NCBI GenBank assembly: GCA_964579645.1
Contig: CAZOHL010000003.1
Span: 1,375-65,374, forward strand
DNA from: an uncultured Rikenella sp.
Lineage (GTDB): Bacteria > Bacteroidota > Bacteroidia > Bacteroidales > VadinHA17
DNA length: 64,000 bases
Reading direction: 5' to 3'
The translations under genes were made by a program, and so were the position numbers. The notes beneath the pieces were generated by a model. That model was not told the DNA's origin. It searched no databases and saw nothing but the letters and a program-made list of their open reading frames with translations. Positions 17,390 through 26,308 of the stretch are shown piece by piece. The stretch's first letter is position 1. Every line of letters begins with the position of its first letter.

Positions 17390-18790
17390 TCAGATTGTGT
17401 ATGACATTCCCTGTGCCGGAATATCGATGTTATCAAAGCCCTTTGTCTCAAGGAATGACCTGTAGGTGACCTGTGTCTCATATTCTCCGTGCACCAGGAA
17501 TATCTTCTTAAGTTTATCCTTATCCTGGCAGGAGAGATATTCTGCCATCTCACGGTAGTCGCCATGTCCGGAATATGACTCTATCTTTTCAATATCGGCT
17601 CTTACAGGGTATTTGGTCCCGTGAATTGAGACTTCGGCTTCACCTCTGACAATTCGTGCTCCGAGGGTTGATGGTGCGCAATACCCTACAACGAGCACCG
17701 TATTGGCAGGATTGCTGATGCTGTTTGCAAGATGGTGCTTGACACGGCCTGCTTCCATCATTCCCGATGATGAGATGATTATTACCGGACCTTTTATCTC
17801 GTTCAGGCTTTTGGAGCCTTCCACCGATGTGTTGTAGAAGAGAGAGTTAAAACCGAACGGGTCCGGATCAGAAAGCATCAGCTCCCTTACATTTTCATTG
17901 AAGCAGTCGGGGTGCATCCGGAAGATGTTGGTTGCGTTGACCGATAAAGGGCTGTCAACATATATATCTACTTTCGGCAGGCGTCCTGCATTGTAAAGAT
18001 TATTGAGTGAGTAGACTATCTCCTGGGTCCTTCCCACGCTGAAGGCAGGAATTATTAGTTTGCCCCGTTTTTCAACGCAGGTGTGGTGAACTACCCTGAA
18101 AAGTTCCTCGTCTGACTCGACCAGTGATGGATGCAGCCTGTCACCGTAAGTTGATTCGGTGATAAGAAAGTCAGCCTGAGGGAATGGCTCCGGACTTTTA
18201 AGTATCCTGTTTACCGGCCTTCCGATATCACCTGTAAATGCGAGGCGTTTGATGCCCTCTTTCTCCTTCAGTTCCAGTGTGACCACGCCGCTTCCCAGCA
18301 TATGTCCTGTGTTGGTGAATTTCACGGTTGTGAATTCGTCTATCCTGAACTTGCGGTCATATGCCACGCTGATGAAGAGCTTCATAGCTGCCACGGCATC
18401 TGCCTGGGTGTATAGCGGTTCCACCGGAGGGAGCCCTTTTTTGGCCCTCTTCTTGTTGAAAGTAATTGTATCATGCTCCTGGATCTTGCCTGAGTCAGCA
18501 AGCATTATGGCACAAAGATCACGTGTAGCATTTGTGCATACAACCGAACCTGTAAACCCGTTTCGCGACAGAAACGGGATGAGTCCCGAATGGTCAATAT
18601 GGGCGTGGGAGAGTATGACATGGTCAACGGAGGCAGGAGCAAACGCCAGCGCCCGGTTCATCTCCTCCGTTTCAAGTCCTTTCCCCTGAAACTGGCCGCA
18701 ATCGAGCAAAAGATTTTTCCCGTGTTCCGTTTCAATAAGTATCTTGCTGCCTGTCACCTCGCGGGCAGCCCCGTAAAATGTTAGTTTCAT
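17390..18790 (-). CDS. MBL-fold beta-CASP hydrolase (RNA-metabolising metallo-beta-lactamase family)
   Basis: It begins MKLTFYGAAREVTGS and carries HAHIDHSG (HxHxDH). The beta-CASP region is ESTYG...PAFSVGRTQE, and the C-terminus has SGHGD and LVHGE. Confidence 0.8.
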   Translation of the reverse strand: MKLTFYGAAREVTGSKILIETEHGKNLLLDCGQFQGKGLETEEMNRALAFAPASVDHVILSHAHIDHSGLIPFLSRNGFTGSVVCTNATRDLCAIMLADSGKIQEHDTITFNKKRAKKGLPPVEPLYTQADAVAAMKLFISVAYDRKFRIDEFTTVKFTNTGHMLGSGVVTLELKEKEGIKRLAFTGDIGRPVNRILKSPEPFPQADFLITESTYGDRLHPSLVESDEELFRVVHHTCVEKRGKLIIPAFSVGRTQEIVYSLNNLYNAGRLPKVDIYVDSPLSVNATNIFRMHPDCFNENVRELMLSDPDPFGFNSLFYNTSVEGSKSLNEIKGPVIIISSSGMMEAGRVKHHLANSISNPANTVLVVGYCAPSTLGARIVRGEAEVSIHGTKYPVRADIEKIESYSGHGDYREMAEYLSCQDKDKLKKIFLVHGEYETQVTYRSFLETKGFDNIDIPAQGMSYTI

Positions 18791-18913
18791 GCTGAATGAT
18801 CAGTTTTTATGATTTGCTAATATAACTAAAGTTGCCAGAATCTCCCCTGAAATAATCTTTAACATTTAATGAACAATATGTCAAAACTCCTTTAAATAGT
18901 GAAGTCATTGATA

Positions 18914-18921
18914 TACTTTTG
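18914..18921 (+). promoter_or_regulatory. Candidate -7 box TACTTTTG
   Basis: It matches TAnnTTTG and lies 30 nt upstream of the ATG at 18951, in a divergent intergenic region. Confidence 0.4.
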
Positions 18922-18950
18922 GTGCTTCTAAATCTATCTTACACTTACTC

Positions 18951-19598
18951 ATGAAACTCGACAAGATCTTCTCGTACCTGGCCCCCAAGGAGGGCAAGTT
19001 CTATCCGCTGTTCAAGGATGCATCTGCCAACCTTATAATAGGGGCGGAGCTTCTGGTAGAGTTCATGAATGAGCCTGATCCCGGCAAGAGGGAGATCCTG
19101 GGTCACAAGATCAAGGAGGCCGAACTGGTTGGTGACCAGATTGCCAAAAACCTCTACAAGACACTCAGCAGTACATTCATTACGCCATTTGACCGTGAGG
19201 ATATCTTCGAACTGATTCATGCTACCGATTCAGTCCTGGATCTGATGTACGGTGCAGCGAAGCAAACTCATCTGTACAAGCTCAGGGAAATCCCGAACGA
19301 GTTCCGCGAGATGGCCGATACAATAAGGAAGGCTTCTATAGAAATCAATACCGCGTTCAACGGATTGCGGGATGTGCTGAATCTGTCAAAATACAAGGAC
19401 AACTGCCATAAGATCGGCGAGCTTGAGGAGCATGCGGATGACATTAATCACCGTTACCTTGCCATGCTATTTGAGGAAGAGAAGGATGCGATAGAACTGA
19501 TAAAGAAGAAGGATATCCTCGCAGCACTCGAAAAGGCTGTTGACCGCTGTGATGATGTGGCTGATATCCTCTCCTCGGTAATTATCAAAATCGCGTAA
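18951..19598 (+). CDS. DUF47/PhoU-like phosphate-transport regulator
   Basis: 215 aa and helical. It begins ...PKEGKFYPLF and has TPFDREDI, as in DUF47 proteins that are typically paired with Pit transporters. Confidence 0.7.
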   Translation: MKLDKIFSYLAPKEGKFYPLFKDASANLIIGAELLVEFMNEPDPGKREILGHKIKEAELVGDQIAKNLYKTLSSTFITPFDREDIFELIHATDSVLDLMYGAAKQTHLYKLREIPNEFREMADTIRKASIEINTAFNGLRDVLNLSKYKDNCHKIGELEEHADDINHRYLAMLFEEEKDAIELIKKKDILAALEKAVDRCDDVADILSSVIIKIA

Positions 19599-19608
19599 AG
19601 CATTCCCG

Positions 19609-20649
19609 ATGGACTTCACCATACTTATTATCATAATAATTCTCGCGTTCGGGTTTGACCTCATCAATGGGTTTCATGACGCAGCAAATTCAATCGCAAC
19701 TGTAGTCTCGACCAAGGTTCTCACACCTTTCCAGGCGGTATTGTGGGCTGCCTCTTTTAACTGGCTTGCTTACCTGGTTTTTGAGCTCAACATTGTCGAT
19801 ACAATCGCCAAAATTGTTGACACTTCAGCCATTACACTTATGGTCATACTGGCAGGGATACTTGCTGCCATAATATGGAACCTGCTTACATGGTATCTCG
19901 GCATTCCTTCAAGTTCATCGCATACACTTGTGGGAGGTTTTGCCGGTGCAGCCATTGCCTTCACGGGATGGGATGTAGTGCATACCGGAAAGATAGCTGT
20001 TATCGCAGCTTTCATCTTCCTTGCCCCGCTTCTCGGGATGTTCATGTCCTACCTTATCTCAATAGCCCTGCTTTGGATAAGCCGGAAAGGCAATCCTTTC
20101 AGGCTCGAAAAGAGATTCAAGGGTTTTCAGTTGCTTTCATCGGCTCTCTTCAGCCTTGGACACGGCGGCAATGATGCCCAGAAAGTGATGGGGATCATCT
20201 CCGCAGCTCTGATTGTTTATTTTAACGGTGCTCATGAGATACCCCACTGGGCGCAGATTGAAATGGTTAACGGCAAGGTGCATGACATTCCTCACTGGAT
20301 AGTGCTTGGCTGCTACTCTGCCATTGCTATGGGAACACTGATAGGCGGATGGAGGATTGTCAAGACGATGGGATCGAAAATAACCAAACTGACTCCCTTT
20401 GAGGGTGTTGCCGCAGAAGGTGCCGGCGCAATACTGCTTTTCGGAACTGAAGCCTTTGGCATACCGGTGAGTACAACTCATACGATCACCGGTGCCATTA
20501 TGGGAGTCGGGCTTACCAAGCGGGTTACAGCAGTAAGATGGGGCGTAACAATCAACCTGCTGTATGCATGGCTTCTTACAATCCCGGTCTCAATGCTGCT
20601 GGCTGCAGGTCTCTATCATCTGCTCTCAGCCATAACAGGCATCAGCTGA
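19609..20649 (+). CDS. pit: Inorganic phosphate transporter, PiT family
   Basis: Motifs are NGFHDAANSIATVVST, HGGNDAQK and STTHTITGAIMGVG (duplicated PiT signature). Confidence 0.85.
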   Translation: MDFTILIIIIILAFGFDLINGFHDAANSIATVVSTKVLTPFQAVLWAASFNWLAYLVFELNIVDTIAKIVDTSAITLMVILAGILAAIIWNLLTWYLGIPSSSSHTLVGGFAGAAIAFTGWDVVHTGKIAVIAAFIFLAPLLGMFMSYLISIALLWISRKGNPFRLEKRFKGFQLLSSALFSLGHGGNDAQKVMGIISAALIVYFNGAHEIPHWAQIEMVNGKVHDIPHWIVLGCYSAIAMGTLIGGWRIVKTMGSKITKLTPFEGVAAEGAGAILLFGTEAFGIPVSTTHTITGAIMGVGLTKRVTAVRWGVTINLLYAWLLTIPVSMLLAAGLYHLLSAITGIS

Positions 20650-20660
20650 TAACTGACACG

Positions 20661-22490
20661 TTACATCGATTCAAATCCCCTTACTGATCCCGGTGTCACT
20701 TTATGCAGGTCAAAAACGATGATCTCGTTCTCGCCCTTGCGCAGCCATGATGCCGGGCAGAAGAGTCTGGTCTGGGGTCCTATCTCCCAGTAGCGGCCGA
20801 GGTTATGTCCGTTGACCCAGACAAATCCCTTTACAAAATTTGTCATGTCAATGAAGGTGTCAGCTGTCTGATCAAGTTCCAGGGTGCCCCTGAAGAATAT
20901 ACCGGGTTTTGTCAGCTCACAATCTGTTGCTTCCAGCGATTCAATATAGCCGTCACTCATCGGAAAACCGCACACCTCCCAGTTTATCAGAGTCATCCCG
21001 TTCAGTATTACCCTGTCAGTTATTCCCTTACGGTCGATCATTGCATGTGCAAAGTTGATCCGTCCCATGCCCTCGGTGAATATTTCAAGGAGCGGGTAAT
21101 CTGAATCTGCCGGAGGCAGCTCAATTGAGTTGATTCCAAGCCGCCTGTCAAGTGTGCCGATATATTTTCCGTCGATAAAAACGGTGGCATAATCATGAAT
21201 GTCAATGACAGTTAACCTGCCTCGCTTGTGGCCCGTCAGCCTGGTGCTGTAAAGCATAAAGCCGTAATCCTGCCCGTATGATTCGAACGATTCGGGCTGG
21301 ATTGATTTCACCGGTTCCGGCAGGTTGTCCCAGATTGAGGTGAATGGTATAAGTTCGGTTTCAGGGAAAGTCATCGAAGGTATCGGATCCGGGATCGGAG
21401 GCAATTTTGCCTTTTTCGGAAGATATGAGCCGATCAGTTTTCTCAAGGCAAAGAATTTGGGTGTTGCCCTTCCCTGTTCGTCTATAGGCGCATCATAATC
21501 ATAACTGGTAAGGTCAGGCTCGTATCCCTTGCCACCTGAGTTGGCCCCGGCGGTGAATCCGAAGTTTGTTCCCCCGTGAATTACATAAAAATTGAATGAT
21601 TTCCGGTTATCCATCAGGAACTTAACCTCGCGCAGAAGATCTGCAGTGTCAGGTTTTGCCCAGTTTTCTCCCCAGTGCGTGAGCCATCCGGGGTAGGTCT
21701 CGCTGGAGAATACCGGAACGCCTGGATTCATTTTACGGGCCAGTTCGAAATCCTTTTCTGAGCTCCCTGAGTCAAGTCCCACGACACATCCCGGAAGTGT
21801 ACCCGCCTCAAGCATGTATGCGGTGGGTCCGTCTCCCGTGAAATAGGGAACGTCAATGCCGCTCCTTTCCCATATCCCCTTCAGGGCGAAGAGGTAGTTC
21901 CGGTCATTGCCGTAACTGCCATATTCATTTTCGATCTGAATCATAAGGATGGGGCCGCCGTTGGTGACAAGAAAGGGGCGGAGTACATCAGCAAGCCGTG
22001 AAATGTACCTCTCTGCTGCCTTCATGTAGACCGGATCCATACAGCGCACTTTTATGCCCGGGGTCCGAAGCAGGTAAGGGGGTATGCCGCCGAACTCCCA
22101 TTCGGCACAGACATAGGGTCCCGGTCTGATTATAACCCACATTCCTTCCTCTGCTGCCGTGGTGATAAATCGGGCAATATCCCGGTTCCCGGTACGGAAG
22201 TCATAGATTCCCTCATCAATCTCGTGGTGGTTCCAGAAGAGGTATGCTGAGATTGTGTTGCACCCCATGGCTTTCGCCATCTTTATCCGGTGATGCCAGT
22301 ATTCTGCCGGCACCCTTCCCGGATGGATCTCCCCGCTTATGATCTGCATTGGTTGCCCGTCAAGAAGGAACTGATCCTTTCCCAGGGTGAATGTGTGTCC
22401 GGTTTTGCTTATCTGACCTGAGATGCCTGAAGTTATGAGCACAAGAGTGAGTAACAGGGCTAAGCGACAAATCGTCTGTCTGTCCTTCAT
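20661..22490 (-). CDS. GH35 beta-galactosidase, secreted
   Basis: It has a signal peptide and ISGEIHPGRVP. QIENEYGSYG carries the acid/base Glu. FSSETYPGW lies in the nucleophile region. Confidence 0.85.
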   Translation of the reverse strand: MKDRQTICRLALLLTLVLITSGISGQISKTGHTFTLGKDQFLLDGQPMQIISGEIHPGRVPAEYWHHRIKMAKAMGCNTISAYLFWNHHEIDEGIYDFRTGNRDIARFITTAAEEGMWVIIRPGPYVCAEWEFGGIPPYLLRTPGIKVRCMDPVYMKAAERYISRLADVLRPFLVTNGGPILMIQIENEYGSYGNDRNYLFALKGIWERSGIDVPYFTGDGPTAYMLEAGTLPGCVVGLDSGSSEKDFELARKMNPGVPVFSSETYPGWLTHWGENWAKPDTADLLREVKFLMDNRKSFNFYVIHGGTNFGFTAGANSGGKGYEPDLTSYDYDAPIDEQGRATPKFFALRKLIGSYLPKKAKLPPIPDPIPSMTFPETELIPFTSIWDNLPEPVKSIQPESFESYGQDYGFMLYSTRLTGHKRGRLTVIDIHDYATVFIDGKYIGTLDRRLGINSIELPPADSDYPLLEIFTEGMGRINFAHAMIDRKGITDRVILNGMTLINWEVCGFPMSDGYIESLEATDCELTKPGIFFRGTLELDQTADTFIDMTNFVKGFVWVNGHNLGRYWEIGPQTRLFCPASWLRKGENEIIVFDLHKVTPGSVRGFESM

Positions 22491-22527
22491 GATATGTTAA
22501 TTAAATATTCTAAAGGCAGCGCCCGCT

Positions 22528-23991
22528 TCAGACAGTGCCTTTCCCCCATGTGGGAAGTATCTCCTTCTTAAAGGCTTCCTTTTCCCTGACAAGTGCATCC
22601 ATGTCAAGGCCTATGGATTTCTGTGCTCCTGATTTTGAGGATATATCCGGTATCATGACTTTGCTGACACCCTTGTCAGCGAGAACTTTTGCCAGCTCAA
22701 TCCTGGCTTCCAGTCCCTTCATTATTCCGTTGCTAAGTATTGATGCCATCTCGATAGGAGCATGGAAGGAACCGCCATGACTTGCTGCGCAGAAATCCCA
22801 TCTCCACTGTGACTGCCTGATAAGCGCAAGAACCGGCTTCATCACAGTTTCGTCTGCGCCTGCATCCCAGGCAGCTTTGGCCTCATAGTGGGCAGAGACA
22901 AGGATCTCCTCGAGGTAGTGTCTCAGGTTTGCTATCTTATCCTGTCTTTCATAAACGTTGTTCCGCAGTTCCTCCTCACTCTGTCTGTGACATACGGCAC
23001 AGGTTGACGAGATCATATTCAACGGGCTCTGCACATGATGGCTTGTATATTTCACACCGCCCTCGGCGACGAACGGCATGTGACAGTCTGCGCAGGCCAC
23101 CCCGCGCTGGCCGTGGATACCCATTTTAAACAGCTCATAATCAGGATGCTGAGCCTTCAGCATCGGAGCCTTGCTGATTGAGTGGGTCCAGTCGGCGAAC
23201 TGGTAGCTGTCATAGTAACTCTCGATCTCGTCAGCGGTCATCCCCTTGTCCCATGGGAATGTCAGGTATTTTCCCTCGCCTTTGAAGTAGTATTCTACAT
23301 GGCACTGGGCGCAGACAAGGCTGCGCATCTCCTGGTGCCCTGCCTCCTCAATCTTTTTACCCTGTCTCTCGAAGGCCTCTCTGAGAGCCGGGCGGGAAAT
23401 TGTCAGGGTCATGTTCTCCGGGTTATGGCAGTCTGCGCAACCTATTGAGTTGGTTATCTCGGGTCCCAATGAGGCCCATGTTGCCTTGTAAAAGCTTTCC
23501 GCGCCCATTTTTTCAATCATACGGGGTACGTCAGGGCTTTTGCATGCCCAGCATGTTCCGGGCTGGGGACCGGCATCAGGAGTCATGGGCGCTCCGGTCC
23601 GGAGGGTGTTGCGGATATCTTCAACCGCCCAGTAATGACCTCTTGCCTGGGAATAGTCCTTTGAGAATGCATACCCTGCCCAGAGCACCACAAGTTCCGG
23701 GTCAGTGGCAAGTACGTCCAGGGGCTTGCTTCCTGCATGTTTACTCCGGAAAGATGTGTCAGCTGTCATCAGCCATGATTTGTATTCCCTGGGATAAAAT
23801 TCACCCCATACACTGTTGTCTGACTCGAAAGGCTGCAGGTCAGTCGGCGGCCTGTATGCATATTTTGCTTCAGACCTTCGTTCAACAATGGAGGATGCGA
23901 GCATGCCCAGGAGGAATACAACAAGAGCGGTGGCAAGAAATAAAAGCCAGCCTGCCCATGGCTTTTTGGAGATGAATTCCGTGATTGACAT
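22528..23991 (-). CDS. nrfA: Cytochrome c nitrite reductase, pentahaem catalytic subunit
   Basis: There are five haem motifs: CWACK (the active-site CXXCK), CADCH, CAQCH, CADCH and CAVCH. An N-terminal membrane/signal helix is present. Confidence 0.9.
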   Translation of the reverse strand: MSITEFISKKPWAGWLLFLATALVVFLLGMLASSIVERRSEAKYAYRPPTDLQPFESDNSVWGEFYPREYKSWLMTADTSFRSKHAGSKPLDVLATDPELVVLWAGYAFSKDYSQARGHYWAVEDIRNTLRTGAPMTPDAGPQPGTCWACKSPDVPRMIEKMGAESFYKATWASLGPEITNSIGCADCHNPENMTLTISRPALREAFERQGKKIEEAGHQEMRSLVCAQCHVEYYFKGEGKYLTFPWDKGMTADEIESYYDSYQFADWTHSISKAPMLKAQHPDYELFKMGIHGQRGVACADCHMPFVAEGGVKYTSHHVQSPLNMISSTCAVCHRQSEEELRNNVYERQDKIANLRHYLEEILVSAHYEAKAAWDAGADETVMKPVLALIRQSQWRWDFCAASHGGSFHAPIEMASILSNGIMKGLEARIELAKVLADKGVSKVMIPDISSKSGAQKSIGLDMDALVREKEAFKKEILPTWGKGTV

Positions 23992-24011
23992 AGGTTGGGT
24001 GTTAAGTATTG

Positions 24012-24566
24012 TTACAGGTTGTCTTTAAGGGTAGGAGTTATGGCAAACTGGGTCGATGAGATGCTGTTGACCCTGTCATGCGGCGTGTTGCGGTGACAGT
24101 CGAGGCAGTGCCTGTCGCGTCTTCCCGCCATTGCTTCGAGAGGTCTTCCGGGGCCGTCACTGAAGAGTGACTCATGGCACCTGAGGCAGTTTTCCTGAAC
24201 TACGCGTTTCCCGGGTTCCCTGATATATATGGATTGCGGTTCGTTTCGAAGAGTAAAGATAGTTGCATGCCGGAGGCCGTCACTTGCCTTGAAGTAGTAT
24301 TTTCTGACGAAGCTGTCATGTGGAACATGGCAGGCATTGCAGTCAGTGATGCTCTTGTGCGCGCTGTGTGACCAGGTGGCATATTGCGGGGTCATGATGT
24401 GGCAGTTAATGCACACCCTGGGGTCATCAGAGAGATAGGAGGTGGCATTAGATATCTTCAGAAGATAAAATGCCAGGCCTGTGAATGCCCCGAGGAGAAT
24501 AATGACAGGCAGTCTCCACTCTGGCGGAGGCGTGAAGAATCTGATCAGTTTGTTTGGTCTGCTCAT
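24012..24566 (-). CDS. nrfH: Cytochrome c nitrite reductase small subunit, NapC/NirT-type tetrahaem quinol dehydrogenase
   Basis: It has an N-terminal TM helix and four CXXCH motifs (CINCH, CNACH, CLRCH, CLDCH). It lies directly upstream of nrfA. Confidence 0.9.
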   Translation of the reverse strand: MSRPNKLIRFFTPPPEWRLPVIILLGAFTGLAFYLLKISNATSYLSDDPRVCINCHIMTPQYATWSHSAHKSITDCNACHVPHDSFVRKYYFKASDGLRHATIFTLRNEPQSIYIREPGKRVVQENCLRCHESLFSDGPGRPLEAMAGRRDRHCLDCHRNTPHDRVNSISSTQFAITPTLKDNL

Positions 24567-24629
24567 GGCAGTTGCCTTTATATCCGGTCAATTAAAAATC
24601 GCGACCTCCTCCCCGGTATGCCGGAAGGG

Positions 24630-25151
24630 TCAGATGAAATTAACGAAGCAGAGTGCCACGAGGGCAGTACCGTATCTCTTGTCAATTGTCAGGGATTCCC
24701 TGAAGACGCTTGGTTCTCCCAGGTAATACTGTGAGAAAGTTCTGTCATGCAGGTCATGCAGAACTGTGTAGAGTCTCTCTTCGAGAGCCTCCATGTCAAA
24801 GTAACCGGCGAGTTCACAGACGAGACCTCCGACTTTTTCCTCGCATGTATCATCCTTGTACATCCATGCGTAGATGACGCCGGCTGATACGTGTTCGCCG
24901 TAGTAGCCGTTGGCTACTGCCATAATTGTGCAGAGTTCGGATCCGTAGGGGGGCATGTCAACCTCATCAAGGGTAACCAGCCTGGCTGTGGCGGGCATCA
25001 CCGAAGAATAATTCATAATGTTGTATTCGGATATGCCTGCATCATGCAGCGCCATGTGATATGACCCGGGATGTATTGCATATTCGCTGCATCCTGAACC
25101 CTGGGTTACAAAAAACTCGTTGGGAATTCTGTTTTGGGTGAGTTTAACCAT
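24630..25151 (-). CDS. Pyruvoyl-dependent arginine decarboxylase
   Basis: The start is moved to MVKLTQNRIPNEFFVTQGSG. The self-processing site motif NIMNYSSVMP matches the N-x-I-x-x-S-S-I/V-M-P serinolysis site of the PvlArgDC family. Confidence 0.75.
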   Translation of the reverse strand: MVKLTQNRIPNEFFVTQGSGCSEYAIHPGSYHMALHDAGISEYNIMNYSSVMPATARLVTLDEVDMPPYGSELCTIMAVANGYYGEHVSAGVIYAWMYKDDTCEEKVGGLVCELAGYFDMEALEERLYTVLHDLHDRTFSQYYLGEPSVFRESLTIDKRYGTALVALCFVNFI

Positions 25152-25248
25152 TTTGCCTTTCAATACTTTAGGTTTATGCCCGTCATGAGATCGGAACAGG
25201 CAAATATACCTAAAAATAAAAAAAACCTGCAATAGGGATATTTATATT

Positions 25249-26220
25249 TCATATCCGCGCCATTGCAAGGACGAGGGAATATATGATCACGGTTACGGTG
25301 ATGTACATTTTCCTTGCGGTATCCGGTTTCATTCCCGGGAAACGGTAATTTATCGAGCTATGCCTGCAAGCTGCAAGACAGTCGCCGCAAAGGGTGCATG
25401 TAAGGCCGGGTCTGAGTCTTGCGATGTCGTTCGAACTGAGTGCGTCATACCTGCAGACGGAGGAACATAGCATGCAGGATGTGCAGCTGGCTTCAATTCT
25501 CATCCTGAACGGATTGATGTGCTTCATGTAGCTGACAAGGGTGCCAACGGGGCACCAGACAGTGCAGTGGACCATCTTGCCTTTACGTCGTGAAATTAAA
25601 GCAATGATGGCCAGACCTGCCACCCCTGTAGCAACACCGGCTGCCAGTGCAAATCCGTTGCCGGCTCCGGTGATCCGCATCAGAAGTGCAACAGCAATTG
25701 CCAGTATCAGGAAGCTGTTTTTCAGAGCCAGCCGGTAGTCTGCCGGTCGGGAAAGTGCCTTTTTGCCTGCAAAGGCCGAATCAATTGCCCCGAAATAGCA
25801 GTACTGGCTGCACCATGCCGGACCTGAAAGCAGGACAGCGGAGAGAAATATAAGTGTCATGACAGAAAGCTCTCCCCTGTACAGAGGTCCTGAGATGATG
25901 AGAGCCGGCACAGGCAGGTGCAGTTCTCCGGTCATCAGGAACAGCTTGTCCGCAAAAAGGCCGAGTATCAGCTGGAGAAAGAAAACAGCCGAGAAGAGTG
26001 ACCAGCTGAACCGCCTCCACCAGCCTGATCTTGATTGTATAAGCATATTATACTCCATGACTGATGCAAAGATTGCTACTCCGGCAATCTGAAGGTAACC
26101 GCCACCCATGAACAATCTCTCCAGGAGAAGAAGGGGCCTTTCTCCCGTAAACTGCAAAGGGAGCAGGAGAATAATCACAATCAAACCGGTCAGCGCCGGC
26201 ATCAGGTACCTTTTCTGCAT
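25249..26220 (-). CDS. Polytopic membrane 4Fe-4S-binding protein (NapH/MauN/NosR-like)
   Basis: It has multiple TM helices and VHCTVWCPVG. The C-terminus has CTSCMLCSSVC and CTLCGDCLAAC ferredoxin motifs. Confidence 0.6.
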   Translation of the reverse strand: MQKRYLMPALTGLIVIILLLPLQFTGERPLLLLERLFMGGGYLQIAGVAIFASVMEYNMLIQSRSGWWRRFSWSLFSAVFFLQLILGLFADKLFLMTGELHLPVPALIISGPLYRGELSVMTLIFLSAVLLSGPAWCSQYCYFGAIDSAFAGKKALSRPADYRLALKNSFLILAIAVALLMRITGAGNGFALAAGVATGVAGLAIIALISRRKGKMVHCTVWCPVGTLVSYMKHINPFRMRIEASCTSCMLCSSVCRYDALSSNDIARLRPGLTCTLCGDCLAACRHSSINYRFPGMKPDTARKMYITVTVIIYSLVLAMARI

Positions 26221-26308
26221 AATTTTCTGGCTGCCGCAAAAATATTGAAAAAGACCAAAGCGGGAAGCTGCCGAAAAAAATATAAATTGGAGAACCTAAA
26301 ATCAGGGT

